Source of the DNA: Octopus vulgaris
Taxonomy: Eukaryota
NCBI GenBank assembly: GCA_951406725.2
Contig: OX597841.1
Location: 1,736,001 to 1,800,000 of the forward strand
Reading direction: 5' to 3'
DNA: 64,000 nucleotides
Within the stretch, counting starts at the first letter, position 1, and each line of letters starts with the position of its first letter. This document shows, piece by piece, positions 51,627-64,000 of the stretch. The position numbers and the translations under genes are program-made. The notes under the pieces are model-generated. The model had not been told where the DNA came from. It saw only the letters and a program-made list of their open reading frames with translations, and searched no databases.

Positions 51627-51945
51627 ATATTGTTATATTTCGGAATGGTCATTTTGCCAGTTTAGTCAATAGAAACACACGCACTATATGTATGTATATA
51701 TGTGTGTGTGTGTGTATGTGTATATATGCTTGCACACACACATACACACGTACCTGTACACATATTTATATATGTATATCTAATGTTCATCAGTAACACC
51801 AAATATATAGTACGTGTGTTTTTATTGGCTAAACTGGCAAAATGACCATTCCGAAATATAACAATATATATATATATATATACAATTGCAGCGTGGAAGG
51901 TGTGTTTCTTAAATGGCTTATAAACACCTTCCACGCTGCAATTGT
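51627..51945. repeat. 63-bp inverted repeat followed by a perfect 22-bp hairpin
   Basis: Arms 51627-51689 / 51805-51867; stem ACAATTGCAGCGTGGAAGGTGT at 51882-51903 / 51924-51945. Confidence 0.85.
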
Positions 51946-52098
51946 TTTCGTTTCAGCACACGATCTCAGATCAAATTACTTGCTATGCGAGTACATCTCC
52001 GTAATATATATATATATATACATACATACACACACGCATGCACACACACACACACACACACACGCGCACGCACACACATATATAAATGCATTCATATA

Positions 52099-52645
52099 CA
52101 GGGTTATTAAAAAAAAATGAACCGATTTCATTATGCAATATTTTAATAAGGAAAAGCAATAGAAAACTCCAGCTAAGTCACAAGTATTTACTCACAATCA
52201 ACTTTTATTTCCAGTCTTACAAGTGTTCAATGTAGCCACCACCTGCAGCATGGGCAACATCAATGCAATAATAGAATTCCTCCAAGATTGTATCAGCATA
52301 TCAAAAGCAAGTTCATTAAGGAACTAAAGAATAGATTTGCTTTGCTTGAGGTGATTCCAGAAGATATTGACAAAGAAGGAAAATGGAAAAACTTTGTTAA
52401 AGCATTCAACCAGACGGCCAAAGAAGTACTCAGTGCATCATGTTATGCTGATACACATCTGGAGGAATTCTCTTATTGCATTGATGTTGCCCATGCTGCA
52501 GGTGGTGGCCACATTGAACACTTGTAAGACAGGAAATAAAATTTGATTGTGAGTAAATACTTGTAACTTAACTGGAGTTTTTTATTGCTTTTCCTTATTA
52601 AAATATTGCATAATGAAATTGGTTCATTTTTTTTTAATAACCCTG
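52099..52645. mobile_element. Tc1/mariner-derived fold-back MITE with ~200-bp arms
   Basis: TA|CAGGGTTATT...AATAACCCTG|TA; arms 52099-52300 / 52444-52645 include a transposase-like end GGGHIEHL*. Confidence 0.85.
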
Positions 52646-52649
52646 TATA

Positions 52650-53225
52650 TATAAGGCTGGGCAAAGTTTAATGACCTCTTTGGTAATAAAGGTTCCCGCT
52701 CTCAGGGTGAAAGGTAGATTGTATAATGCCTGTGTGCAAACAGCCATGGTACATGGCAGTAAAAGTGGGCTGTGACTGCCAAGGACATGCATAGACTTGA
52801 AAGAAATGAGGCTAGCATGCTTCACTGGATGTGCAATGTCAGTGTGCAATGTGTAAGCATCTTAAGAGAAATGTTGTGCATAAGAGGTATCAAATGTTGT
52901 GTGCAAGAGAGACAAAACTGCTCCTGGTATAGTCATGTGATGTATATGGACAAGGATAGCTGGCGTCGATCTCCAACTGTGGAGGGAACCTGTGGAAGAA
53001 GCAGACCCTGGAACACATGAGACAAAGTGACGAGTGACTGACACCTTTGGCGATATGCTATGCTTGAGGAGACCCACCAAGCCAAGTGAAATAACAGATG
53101 TGGCTGATGACAGTGTCATATAACTGCCACTCATGCTGGTGACATGTAAAAAGCACCTTTCGAACATGCTGCCAGCATGGACAACGGACATTAAATGATG
53201 ATGATGATGATGATGATGACGATGA
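52650..53225 (+). mobile_element. Degenerate RTE LINE 3' fragment
   Basis: DMHRLERNEASMLHWMCNVSV..VEGTCGRSRP; GAT tail. Confidence 0.8.
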
Positions 53226-53772
53226 TATATATATATATATATATATGTATGTATATATATATATATACATATATATATATGTATATATATATATGTATGT
53301 ATGTATAGCTATGTGTGTGTATGTGTCTTTGCACCTGTGTTTGTTTCCCACCACTGCTTGACAAGTCATATTGGTTTGTTTACAACTCATAACTTGGCAA
53401 TTTAGTAAAAGAGCTAATAGAATATGTACCAGGTTGTAAAAATTAGAAGTGGGTTTGATTGGTTTGCTTAAAACCCTTCAAAGCCATGTCCCAGCATGGA
53501 TGCAAACCAATTACTAAAACAAGCTACTAGATAAAAGATAAAATGTATATATATTTATGCACATGCACACACACACACACACATATATGGAGGGAGAGAG
53601 ACAGAGAAAGAGACAGACAAACATACAATGATTCAAATAAGCAAATAAAAATCTTAAGTTTTAATGTACAAAATATATATACAAGTATACATGTAAAAAG
53701 AGAAGACAAACTCATACTTGATTGTTAATCATCTGAAAATTTTAAGTCTGCCCTCTCTTTTGGCATGTATAC

Positions 53773-53823
<51 letters not shown>

Positions 53824-53964
53824 GCATTAAAACCTAAGCACTTTATCTGTTTATTTGAATCATTGTCTCCATATCTGCTCACTTGGATTCCCCTTATGGC
53901 AGCTCTTTACCTTGCTGATTTGGACCTCAGTGAAGATATCGGACTGTAAGTTCAATAATCCTGT

Positions 53965-54425
53965 GGATCTTATGTAATTCTGATGGCAGTCCAAGCATCT
54001 TATAACATAAATCAGGTTTTCCGAGGCACAAGTAAAGTCAGATTTGATTTTGAATTTTTGTCCCTCTTTAAAAAGGAATTCTGATCCTCCTAGAAGGTGG
54101 GGCATGTTGCACAAGCTGGTTGACCACATTTTTTTCACTTTTGCATCCGTTATTTTAGGAAATAATTTTGCCCGTATGAGGATCTTTTTTAGTGACTTCA
54201 GTTGTTTGTGGCTTTTAATGATCTTATGTGCGTGTAAAATTTCCTTTAGTTTGGGGGTCCTTATGTAGCATTGGTAGATTTGGGGTGATGATGGTGGCAT
54301 ACAACAACTGCTACCACAATTTGTAATCTTTCCACTTTATCAGTGTGCTATTGGAACACCAACACAAGTTAGATTAAATAAGGAAACCTACTTCATTGAA
54401 AAATACAAGCCAAAACTTAATCATT
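53965..54425. mobile_element. Penelope-like GIY-YIG fragments in opposite orientations
   Basis: Minus strand FKIKSDFTCASENLIYVIRCLDCHQNYI; plus strand FPLYQC..RLNKETYFIEKYKPKLN. Confidence 0.7.
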
Positions 54426-54654
54426 TCTAGTATTTCTAAATAAGGAAACTTACCTCATTGAAAAATATAAACCAGAAGAGAGTCAAAGGTGACCACTATT
54501 CCACGTGCCTTCACTTTTTTTGAGAACTCAGCAAACAAAATATTTTCATGAAAATATAAAATTTTTTCATTTAAAATGATATTTAAATATCTTGTTAAAC
54601 ATGCAGGAAAAATTAAGGTAATATTTCAATTTGTGTATTATGTGTTTGGTAATT

Positions 54655-55163
54655 TATGCTGCGATTGAGAAGACCCAGCAATTAAAGTGAGATCGCAGCC
54701 ATGATCGATGCCAGTGTTGCATGTCTGGACCATTTAAAAGTACTCTGGCTGTACCAGGTGATATGATATGCTTGAGAAGACCTGTTGAGTCAAGTAAAAC
54801 CAAAATCGTAGCTGTGACCAGTGCCCACTGACTGGCTCGTGTTCTGGTGGCATGTAAAAAGCACCAACCAAACGTGATCGATTCCAGATCCGCCTGACTG
54901 GCTCCTGTGCCAGTGACATGTAAAAAGCACCATCCAAATGTGGTTGATGCCAGGTCTGCCTGACTGGCTCCCATGCCGGTGACATGTAAAAAGCACCAAC
55001 TACATTCTCGGAGTGGTTGGTGTTAGGAAGGGCGTCCAGATGTAGAAACATTGCCAGATCAGATTGGAGCCTGATGCAGCCATTGGATCTCCAGACCTCA
55101 GTCAAACTACCCAACCCATGCCAGCATGGAAAACAGACGTTAAACAATGATGATGATGTGCAA

Positions 55164-55235
<72 letters not shown>

Positions 55236-55535
55236 ATGTGCTTGAGGAGACCTATTGAGTCAAGTACATCAACATCAAAATAAATATCAAATGGAAATTG
55301 TAGTTGTGATACCTGTGCTGGAGGCATGTAAAAAGCACCATCTGAACATGGCCGATGCCAGCACTGCCTTGACTGGCTTCTGTGCCGGTGGCACGTAAAA
55401 AGCACCAACCAATCATGGACGCTGACAGCCTACTCTGACACGTAAAAAGCACCCACTACACTCACAGAGTGGTTGGCATTAGGAAGGGCATATAGCTGTA
55501 GAAACACTGCCAGATCAGACTGAAGCCTGGTGCAG
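54655..55535 (+). mobile_element. Two adjacent RTE LINE 3'UTR fragments
   Basis: Structured UTR units and terminal modules at ~54655-55158 and ~55235-55535. Confidence 0.75.
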
Positions 55536-55784
55536 ATAGCCAGAATTTTGAATAATTATTTACTTAGCATTTTTATTTCATTTTGGAGAATCATCAGGAA
55601 TGATATCTTTACAGAAAATTTGTGCATTTTATATATATATATATATGAGTTAGTTGGTAATATCTGAAGTTGAATGAAGAAGAGAATGTTCTTCGCTATT
55701 TTGAATTTATTTGCATGTGTATATAATTGTGTTTGTGTGTGTGTGTGTGTGGTGAACTTTGGAAGTTCTTGGTTAGAAGGTTGT

Positions 55785-55815
<31 letters not shown>

Positions 55816-57598
55816 GATAAAGGGTCTTTTTCTGGAATGGTTGAAATTGTATTCTTATGGACAGTTGTCATGCTGCAAAAAAGGGTTTTTGTCTGGGATG
55901 GTTGAAGTTGTCAGTATTGTTTTAGTTATTGTTTTGTCAATTGTTATGCTATCCAGCTGTAGAAAATAGAATTCTATCAAAACCGTTTTGGAAGGAAAGT
56001 TATTAAATGTGAATGTTCGCGCGTGTGTGTGTGTGTATAAGAGAGTGTGTGTATTGCGTGTTGTTTGCTTAAAGGAATTATTTCAGTTATTTTAGTAAGT
56101 GTAATGAGAATATTTTAATAATGATTTCACATGTATTCATATATATATATATATATATATGTGGTGGGGGCATACATATATACTTATTTATCTATCTATA
56201 TCTAAGTGCGTGTTCACTATGCTTACCTCTCACTCTCCAATCCTATCTTCACGTCCCTGTTTCTCTGTATCATTGCTATTCCGTAACCCCCATTCTACTC
56301 TATATATCCAAGTTTTCACTACTCACTTCCTCTCTCCACTCTCTAATCTAGCTTCTTTGGCAATCTTCCACCACTTATATTATGACCTTTGAACCTCAAG
56401 GGTATGCCCTGGTGCTTGCCACCATCTATATCTCTCTGCCTTTATTTGACCATCCCATCCCTTGTATACCCAGCACTTGCCACCATCTTGATCCTGATGT
56501 CTCCCACTCTCTCTCTCTCCTTCTCCTGTCCTTCCCCCAGGTTGGGTAACCATGTATCTCCTTTGCAGCAGCACACCCGTTTCTATCCTCATTCATGATC
56601 TCTCTCTCTCTTCCTCTCTCTCCAGCAAGACACCTATTTCTGTCTCTCTGTCTCACTATAAACTTTCATCATCTGACACAAGATCACCTCCTCCAATTCC
56701 CCTTTCCCCTCTCAAAATATTTTTGTCTTGCAGGTTACTTGGTTACTTGGCAAGTGCCACTTAAAAAGCATTCAGTCCACACTACAAAGTGGTTGGGATT
56801 TGGAAGGGCATCCAACTGTAAAGACCTTGCCAAAACTGACCTCACCTGTGCTTGTGCTATGTAAAAAGCACTAAGTCCACTCTGCTTGGTAGTTGATGTT
56901 AGGCTGAGCATCCAGTTTTAAAAATCCTACCAAAACAGTCACAGAAGTCTGGTACAAGTTTCTGCCTGGCTGGTTCCTGTCAAACTGTCCTACCCATGGA
57001 AGGCAAACATTAAACAATGATGAGGATGATACATTTAGCCTAGATAAGATTTTTTTTTTTTAAGTAAAAAGCAGTTTTATTACCTTCCAGTACTTTTGGT
57101 CATCCCTTGGGCATGTATATGCATTTATATATATGTATATGTATATTTATGTGTATACATATATACATACACACACACACACACATTCATAAGTAAAAAA
57201 TTTTAATTTAGGTACACACCTTGTAGTATGTCATTTAAAGCCTATTCACTGTATTTGTCATCAACAGTATGGATTTAAATTCCACTGGATTTACTTCAGG
57301 AATTCCTTCTTGGTACCTTTAAACAAGTCACCTGACAAGACACCTCTTCACCTATGATGCACCACAACTGTTTGTGCAGCATCTCACTCACAAGGCACTG
57401 GTGCACGATGGGATGAAGCAATTGTAGTGAATAATGAAGAGCATGGCTCTGTGGTTAAGAAGCTTGCTTTGTACTCATGTGGTTTCAGGTTCAGTTTTAC
57501 TGCATGGCACCTTGAGTAAATCTCTTCCACTATAGATCCTTGGTCCAACCAATGCCTTGTTAGTGGATTTGGTAGATGGAAACTGATTGGAAACCCAT

Positions 57599-57636
<38 letters not shown>

Positions 57637-57768
57637 CAGACATATAAATATACACACACACATATATATATCCACATATATTGTAAATAGATATTGTATT
57701 AATAATAATGAGAATGGAGATTTTTCACATCCATAATTTTGATTTAACAGTTATTTACATCCTTTTCT

Positions 57769-57854
57769 GGACCTACACGTGTTGCAACTGTATTGACGCC
57801 ACACTGTTGGGTATCCAACATGGTGTCATGGTCAGTGCAGTTTCATCAAAGTCC
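57769..57854 (-). ncRNA. Degenerate Penelope-type hammerhead with long stem II
   Basis: GGACT-TTGATGA-AACTG...CAGTT-GCAAC-ACGTGT-A-GGTCC. Confidence 0.55.
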
Positions 57855-58708
57855 TTACTCTCTGTCATTTCAAAGCGAAACTGAAGGAAACAGCAAACTG
57901 AATGAATAAAGTGTCTTTTAGGAGATATGGATGCTATTATTAATAGTTGTAGGAATCTTGACCTAAATGTGGCAGGTAAAGCAAAACATATTCCAAAATA
58001 TAGGTCAAGGTTGGATTGAATGTTTATGTAGATTTACAATTACTATTAAAAGTTTACCATTCCACTCATTTCATAAAGAATGTTCTTCGTTTAGAGGTAT
58101 TTAATCAATTTTGATTTATTTTTTGGTTCTTGTTTTTACAATTGTTATCTTAATAATTTTTATCATTATATAAAGTGTAATGTGTTTATTTGAATTGTTT
58201 GAAAGTAAATTTCCTTGCATGAAGAGATCTTAGAGCACGTTCTTGTCTTGTCTTTATTAGCTTAAATTTAGAAGTAAAAATTTGATACATTTCCTCTATG
58301 CATAAGTTGCATCTTTTACCCTCTGTTCTATAGAATAGGTACTGCTCTCTTAACATAAGCTAAGACGGGACAATAGGATAACAGAAATTACAAGAAAAGA
58401 CAAGAAGGAAGTAGATGTAAAAGGTAGAAGGTTGAAAACACCAGAAAATGAAAAAGAAAACAGCAGAGCCTGAAGATTGCATGAAGACACTAGATGTGTT
58501 ATAAAATGTTGTTTGAACTGTTTCTATTGCATGAAACTGTTAACAGCTCATAAAAATACATACTGTGTTTATTAAATAATATTTATTTCTCACCAGATGT
58601 AGTACTTCTTTTGCTGATCTTACCAACACGGAACAGTACACTATTATATATAAATGTATGTATGTATGTTTGGAGGGCAGATATTAAACGATGATGATAT
58701 GTGTATAT

Positions 58709-58753
<45 letters not shown>

Positions 58754-59101
58754 CATATCATCATTTAATGTCTGCCCTTCATACATATATATATATATAT
58801 ATACACGTGTGCGTGTGCATGTGTATATATATATATGTGTGTGTGTGTGCGTATGTGTATGTTTGTGTGTGTCTGTATATAAATATATAGGTATATGTCT
58901 CTATACATATGTGAGTATGTGTTTGTGTATGTGTGTGTATCTTCGTGTTTGTGTTGTAACCCCACTGCTAGATAAATGTTGTTAGTTAATGAAAAACTTG
59001 TTGGTTTCAGTGGTCCACCATATATTTATATATATATATATACATGTATATATATAAATATATATATATACATGTATATATATATATATTTATATATATA
59101 C

Positions 59102-59138
<37 letters not shown>

Positions 59139-59394
59139 TAATATATGTATAACATATACATATATAATACATGTATAACATATACATATATAAATATATA
59201 CATATATATACACACTTTCAGATATCCATATACAAATATACATACGCACATTCAAATGTGTGTGTGCACGCGCACGTGCGCGTAATTCTTTTCAGTACTC
59301 ATCTTTCATCATAGGTCACCTTAGATTCTGATGACCTATCATCAAAGGAATACATACACAGCCATCACATTTATATTTAGGGCTTTGTGGGGGG

Positions 59395-59615
59395 TATCAT
59401 CATCAGCATCATCATCATCATCATTATCATCATCATCATCATCATCACCATGATCATCGTCGTTGTTGTCATTATCATCATCATCACTATCATCAACATT
59501 GTCATTATTGCCATTGTCATCATCATCATCATCGTCATCATCATCATTGTCATCATCATCATCTTCGTCATGATCATCAGCATCATCATTGTTGTTTGTC
59601 ATCATCATCAACATC
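59395..59615. repeat. Degenerate (CAT)n trinucleotide repeat
   Basis: ATC/GTC/ATT triplets. Confidence 0.9.
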
Positions 59616-60187
59616 AGGGTTGTGCAATCAATGTAAAATAAGTGGAGAGGGACAATGTTAGAATGAAGGGTGGATGTTGAGTGAAGTTGCTCAGGGTAGT
59701 CAAAAAGATAGCCAGCATCACAGAAAAGATGATAAAATATGGAGTTATACTCTCACTAAATTATATCCTTACATAAATATATATACATACATATATGTAT
59801 ATACATACATATATATAAATATATATATATAATTGAAAAAATTTGAAGTCAACAAGAAGGAGTATGGCTGGACATTTATTTTTCAATCACTACAGTGATT
59901 GAAAAATAAATGAAAAATAAATGTCCAACTATACTCCTTGTTGTTCGTACCAAATTTTTTTAATTATCTATTCACACATGACAGATGCCCAAACACAAAC
60001 CTAGAAGTACATATAATGCTACTAATGGATAGCACAAGGGGAAATTTGAGGGTGGATGAGCTTTATACTGTACTCTACTACATTCTTAACAGAATATACT
60101 ATAACTATATATACATATATATATATGTATATATGTATATATGTATATATGTATGTATTTATGTATGTATGTATGTATGTATATATT

Positions 60188-60231
<44 letters not shown>

Positions 60232-60239
60232 TATATTTC

Positions 60240-60720
60240 TCCCTGCTCCCTCTCTCCACCCCCTCCTCCTCCTCTCTCCCCTCCTCCCCCTCCCCTCCCT
60301 TCTCTCTCTCCCCTATGCCCCGTACCCCCTCCCTTCTCTCCTCATATACCCACCTTCCCCTCCTTCCATAAACCCACCAACCCCTACTCCACCTTCCCTA
60401 TCCTTCCCACACTCTTCCCCCACTCTACTCCACACATTCCCCTACACACCTCACCCCTATCCCACACCTCTCCCCCACATACCTCACCCATATCCCATAC
60501 CCCTCCCTCACATACCTCACCTCTAACCCCACCCTCTACCTACCCACAACTCCCACTCTACCCCCACCCCCACCCCACCTGTGCTTTCCCCACCTCCCCA
60601 CAACATCACACCACACTACACTACACCATACAACATTACACATCACATCACAACACACCACCCACACACCCATCCCCACATTTCCACACCCACACATACA
60701 TACACACACGTCCAGACCAC
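60240..60720. repeat. C-rich low-complexity tract
   Basis: Almost no G on the + strand; many CCC runs. Confidence 0.85.
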
Positions 60721-60924
60721 CAGCCTTCTTTCACATGCACATACATACTCTCTTATACACACACACACACCTTTATGTTGGGGCACCTTCGTATTGGAAG
60801 TCACTTGACCCTGTTATCTCCCCTACTGTCCCTCTCAAGTCTGACCACTGTCCAAAGTTAGGACGCCATGATAGATTGTTACCTCCTACACGCATTTTTT
60901 TCTCTCCTTGTTTTTTTCTGTGTA

Positions 60925-60962
60925 TCTTTCTGTCGAAGAGCATAGGCTCGAAACGTAAAAGA
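60925..60962 (+). ncRNA. Minimal Penelope-type hammerhead-like motif in a probable terminal repeat (~60780-61055)
   Basis: TCTTT-CTGTCGA-A-GAGC-ATAG-GCTC-GAAAC-GTA-AAAGA. Confidence 0.6.
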
Positions 60963-61105
60963 CTTTTTCTATTCCTGAGCACTATACTAATACATTTGTT
61001 TGTTTGTACTCCACCTGCCTTCGTCTTTTATTTATTTTCATAAACTTTCCCTTTTTATATATATATATATATATATATATACGTATATATATATATATAT
61101 GTATA

Positions 61106-61167
<62 letters not shown>

Positions 61168-61509
61168 TATAAATATATATATACACATACATACATACAT
61201 GCATACATACATACACACTCACACACACACATGTAAGGTGTTCCAGGAGTCATGAAGGGGTTTCAAAATGCGGAAAATATTAATTCCTTGAATACATATT
61301 GTAAATTTAAAACATGTCATAACTTTTCAAACACCCTGTATTTATAAATGTGCACCACAAACACACACACATACAAACGTGTGTGTAACTCTGCCAGATC
61401 AAGATTGGAGCCTGGTGCAGCCATCTGGCTCGCCAGCCCTCAGTCAAACTGTCCAACCCATGCTAGCATTGAAAGCGGACGTTAAACGATGATATATATA
61501 TATATATAT

Positions 61510-62640
61510 ATGAGAGTAAGTCAAAATTTATATGCCCTCTTGTTTCTGTAATTCACCAAGACAAAAACAAGGGTTGAACAATTACATCCCTTTTCAATGC
61601 ATTTCCTCCAGTAGTCCACACACTTGCTTATTTCATCAGAGGAGGTTTGCAACTGGTTGCTCAGCCATTTATGCACACCCTGTGCTTCTATATCTGTAGC
61701 AAATCGACAGCCTTGTAAAGGATGTTTGAGTAGCCCAAAGAGGTGATAGTTGGAAGGAGCAAGATCTGGAGTGTATACAGGATGTTCTTGCAACTCAAAA
61801 TCCAAGTTTTCAATGGTTTCAACAGGGTGGGCAGTCTTATGTGAGCATGCATTTTCGTACAACTATAACACTTGATTTGGCAAAAGAATTTGGCACTTGA
61901 TGCAAATTGCTGGTTTCAGTTTGTTGGTCAGCAATTCACTGTAGCCTACACTGGTGACTGTAGACATCTTTTCCAAGTAATGTTCCAGTATTGGACCTTT
62001 TCATGTCCCAAAAAATGGTTAACATCTCTTTTTTCTGCGGAAGGTTGAGACTTGAATTTCTGTTTTGCTAGCAAGTACGAATGTTTCCACCATCAAACCC
62101 CACCTTTTGGATTCTGGTTAACAGTGATGGGCCCAGGTCTCATCTCCTATGGCAATTCTCTCAAAAGAAGCTTTGCCTTCATTCTTGTAACAGTCAAGTA
62201 AGCATTTATATATCTCCACATGATTACACTTATGTGCTCCGTTAAGCTCTCTTGGCACTCATCTCACACAGACTTTATGGAAGCAAAGCTTGTTATGAAT
62301 GATTTCATATACAGAACCATGACTAACTTGCAGAGAACATAACACACATTCTATGGTTGTTAGTCAGTTTGCCAGAGCCATTTCTCAAACTTATTGAACC
62401 TTCCTGTAAGTAGTGGAGGTTGATGAGCATTCTGCTCTCATTTTGTACTTCACACCTGTCCAACTATTTTTTAACTTCTTGGTCCACTCATACACACATC
62501 TATGCATTAGTTCTGTCTCTATATTGTACTGAAAGATCATGAATTTAAACCTCTGACACACCTTCAGATGAAAGAAATTGTGTCATTGATCTCTGTTCTT
62601 CCTTGGCACACACAGCCAATGGAGTGGCCATACTCACTCT
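61510..62640 (-). pseudogene. mariner transposase relic
   Basis: ATG at 62631 (MATPLAVCAKEEQRS), IAIGDETW, HPVYTPDLAPSNYHLFGLLK and WRKCIE; disrupted frame. Confidence 0.85.
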
Positions 62641-62796
62641 GCAACACAAGAAAGAAAACTAGAGCAATCAAGGTCAAACATTGGTGATGTAAATATGACA
62701 GTACCACCTTTTAGCATGCAAACACTGAAGGCAATGTGGCTAATCTAAAGAAAGTTTAGGTGAAAGTGCAGATAAGTTTTTCACTTCTCCTAATAA

Positions 62797-62837
62797 ACAG
62801 ACAGACAGACAGACAGATAGATAGATAGATAGGTAAG

Positions 62838-62880
<43 letters not shown>

Positions 62881-62888
62881 GTAGATAA

Positions 62889-62928
<40 letters not shown>

Positions 62929-62966
62929 GTAGGTAGATAGGTAAGTAGATAGATAGACAGACAGGC
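62797..62966. repeat. (GACA)/(GATA)n microsatellite
   Basis: Tetranucleotide run. Confidence 0.95.
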
Positions 62967-63123
62967 AGACGCATACATACATACATTTATTTACATAACC
63001 TCTTTCCATGGGTTCTTCTAGCAAACACTAGTTTGTTGTGCAGTAGTAATCATTACACAGACAACTGCATAATGATTGCATTATAATGCTATATATACAT
63101 ATATATATATATATGATATGATA

Positions 63124-63275
<152 letters not shown>

Positions 63276-63447
63276 TGTGTGTGTGTGTGTATGTACACAC
63301 ACACACACATATGTGTGTGTGTGTATAAAATCCATACCAGCCAGGAAAATGGATGTTAAATGATGATGATACTATATATGTATTGTTTATTGAAAGTGAA
63401 TGTTTATCTTTATCATTATATATATCTTTATGTACATATATATATAT

Positions 63448-63501
<54 letters not shown>

Positions 63502-64000
63502 GTGTATGTACATATATATGTATGTATGTGTGTATGTACATATATATGTATGTATGTATGTATATATATATATATGTAGATATGTATATATGTATATATA
63601 TATGTATATCTATGTATGTATGTATATATGTATATATATATATAAATTTATATACATATATATACATATATATGCATGTGTGCATATATATCATCATCAT
63701 TATTTAACATCCGCTTTCCATGGTGGCATGATATACATACATACATGCATACATACATCATCGTCAAATGATGATGATGATGATGATATATGTATGTCTG
63801 TATGTATGCATGTATACACGTATGTACGTATGCACGTATGATAAATATGATGTATATGTTTATCATATATATACTTAATGATTTTCTATCTTTAAATGCC
63901 GCATCAACAAATGTGTTTTTCCCCATTTTAAATCATTTTGTTGTTATCAATTGTGAATTAAAAGTAAAGAATTCAATGAAAGGTACACACACACACAAAC

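Noticed and set aside
59295-59350. Additional hammerhead-like hairpin (TTGATGA-TAGGTCA..TGACCTA..GAAA on minus)
   Set aside because: Stems I and III and the cleavage triplet could not be assigned
59342-59641. Poly-Asp / poly-Met / poly-Ile ORFs
   Set aside because: Open in several frames because of the (CAT)n repeat; no supporting splice or domain evidence

Overview
Eukaryotic, AT-rich and very repeat-dense DNA. The mix of an intronless-CDS C2H2 zinc-finger gene with Y[10 protein letters not shown] fingers, tRNA-derived SINEs with internal microsatellites, RTE and R4/Dong LINEs and very long (TA)n/(TATG)n tracts suggests a cephalopod, probably Octopus; this is inference, not a database result. 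Only one host gene is supportable: a 10-finger C2H2 ZNF on the minus strand (CDS 7196->6207), with a predicted non-coding first exon near 11.4-11.5 kb and an ETS+NRF1 promoter. The rest is nested mobile DNA: three or four RTE-type LINE families, an R4/Dong LINE end, two main SINE families, Penelope-like (GIY-YIG) fragments, Helitrons, mariner/Tigger relics, piggyBac-, Merlin- and mariner-type MITEs and a probable solo LTR. Many further degenerate SINE and LINE-tail copies are not listed individually. The most notable observations are: (i) the dominant RTE LINE has a PHD finger just after its RT core and a 3'UTR built from a variable-number, covarying, hairpin-structured ~61-bp repeat (15 A/B units at 25.08-26.0 kb); (ii) several unrelated Penelope-type hammerhead-ribozyme-like motifs, some with long stem II extensions; (iii) a mariner fold-back MITE that captured LINE coding DNA; (iv) several fold-back palindromes and repeated LINE insertion into the internal microsatellite of a SINE. 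Coordinates were read by eye, and degenerate element boundaries are approximate.
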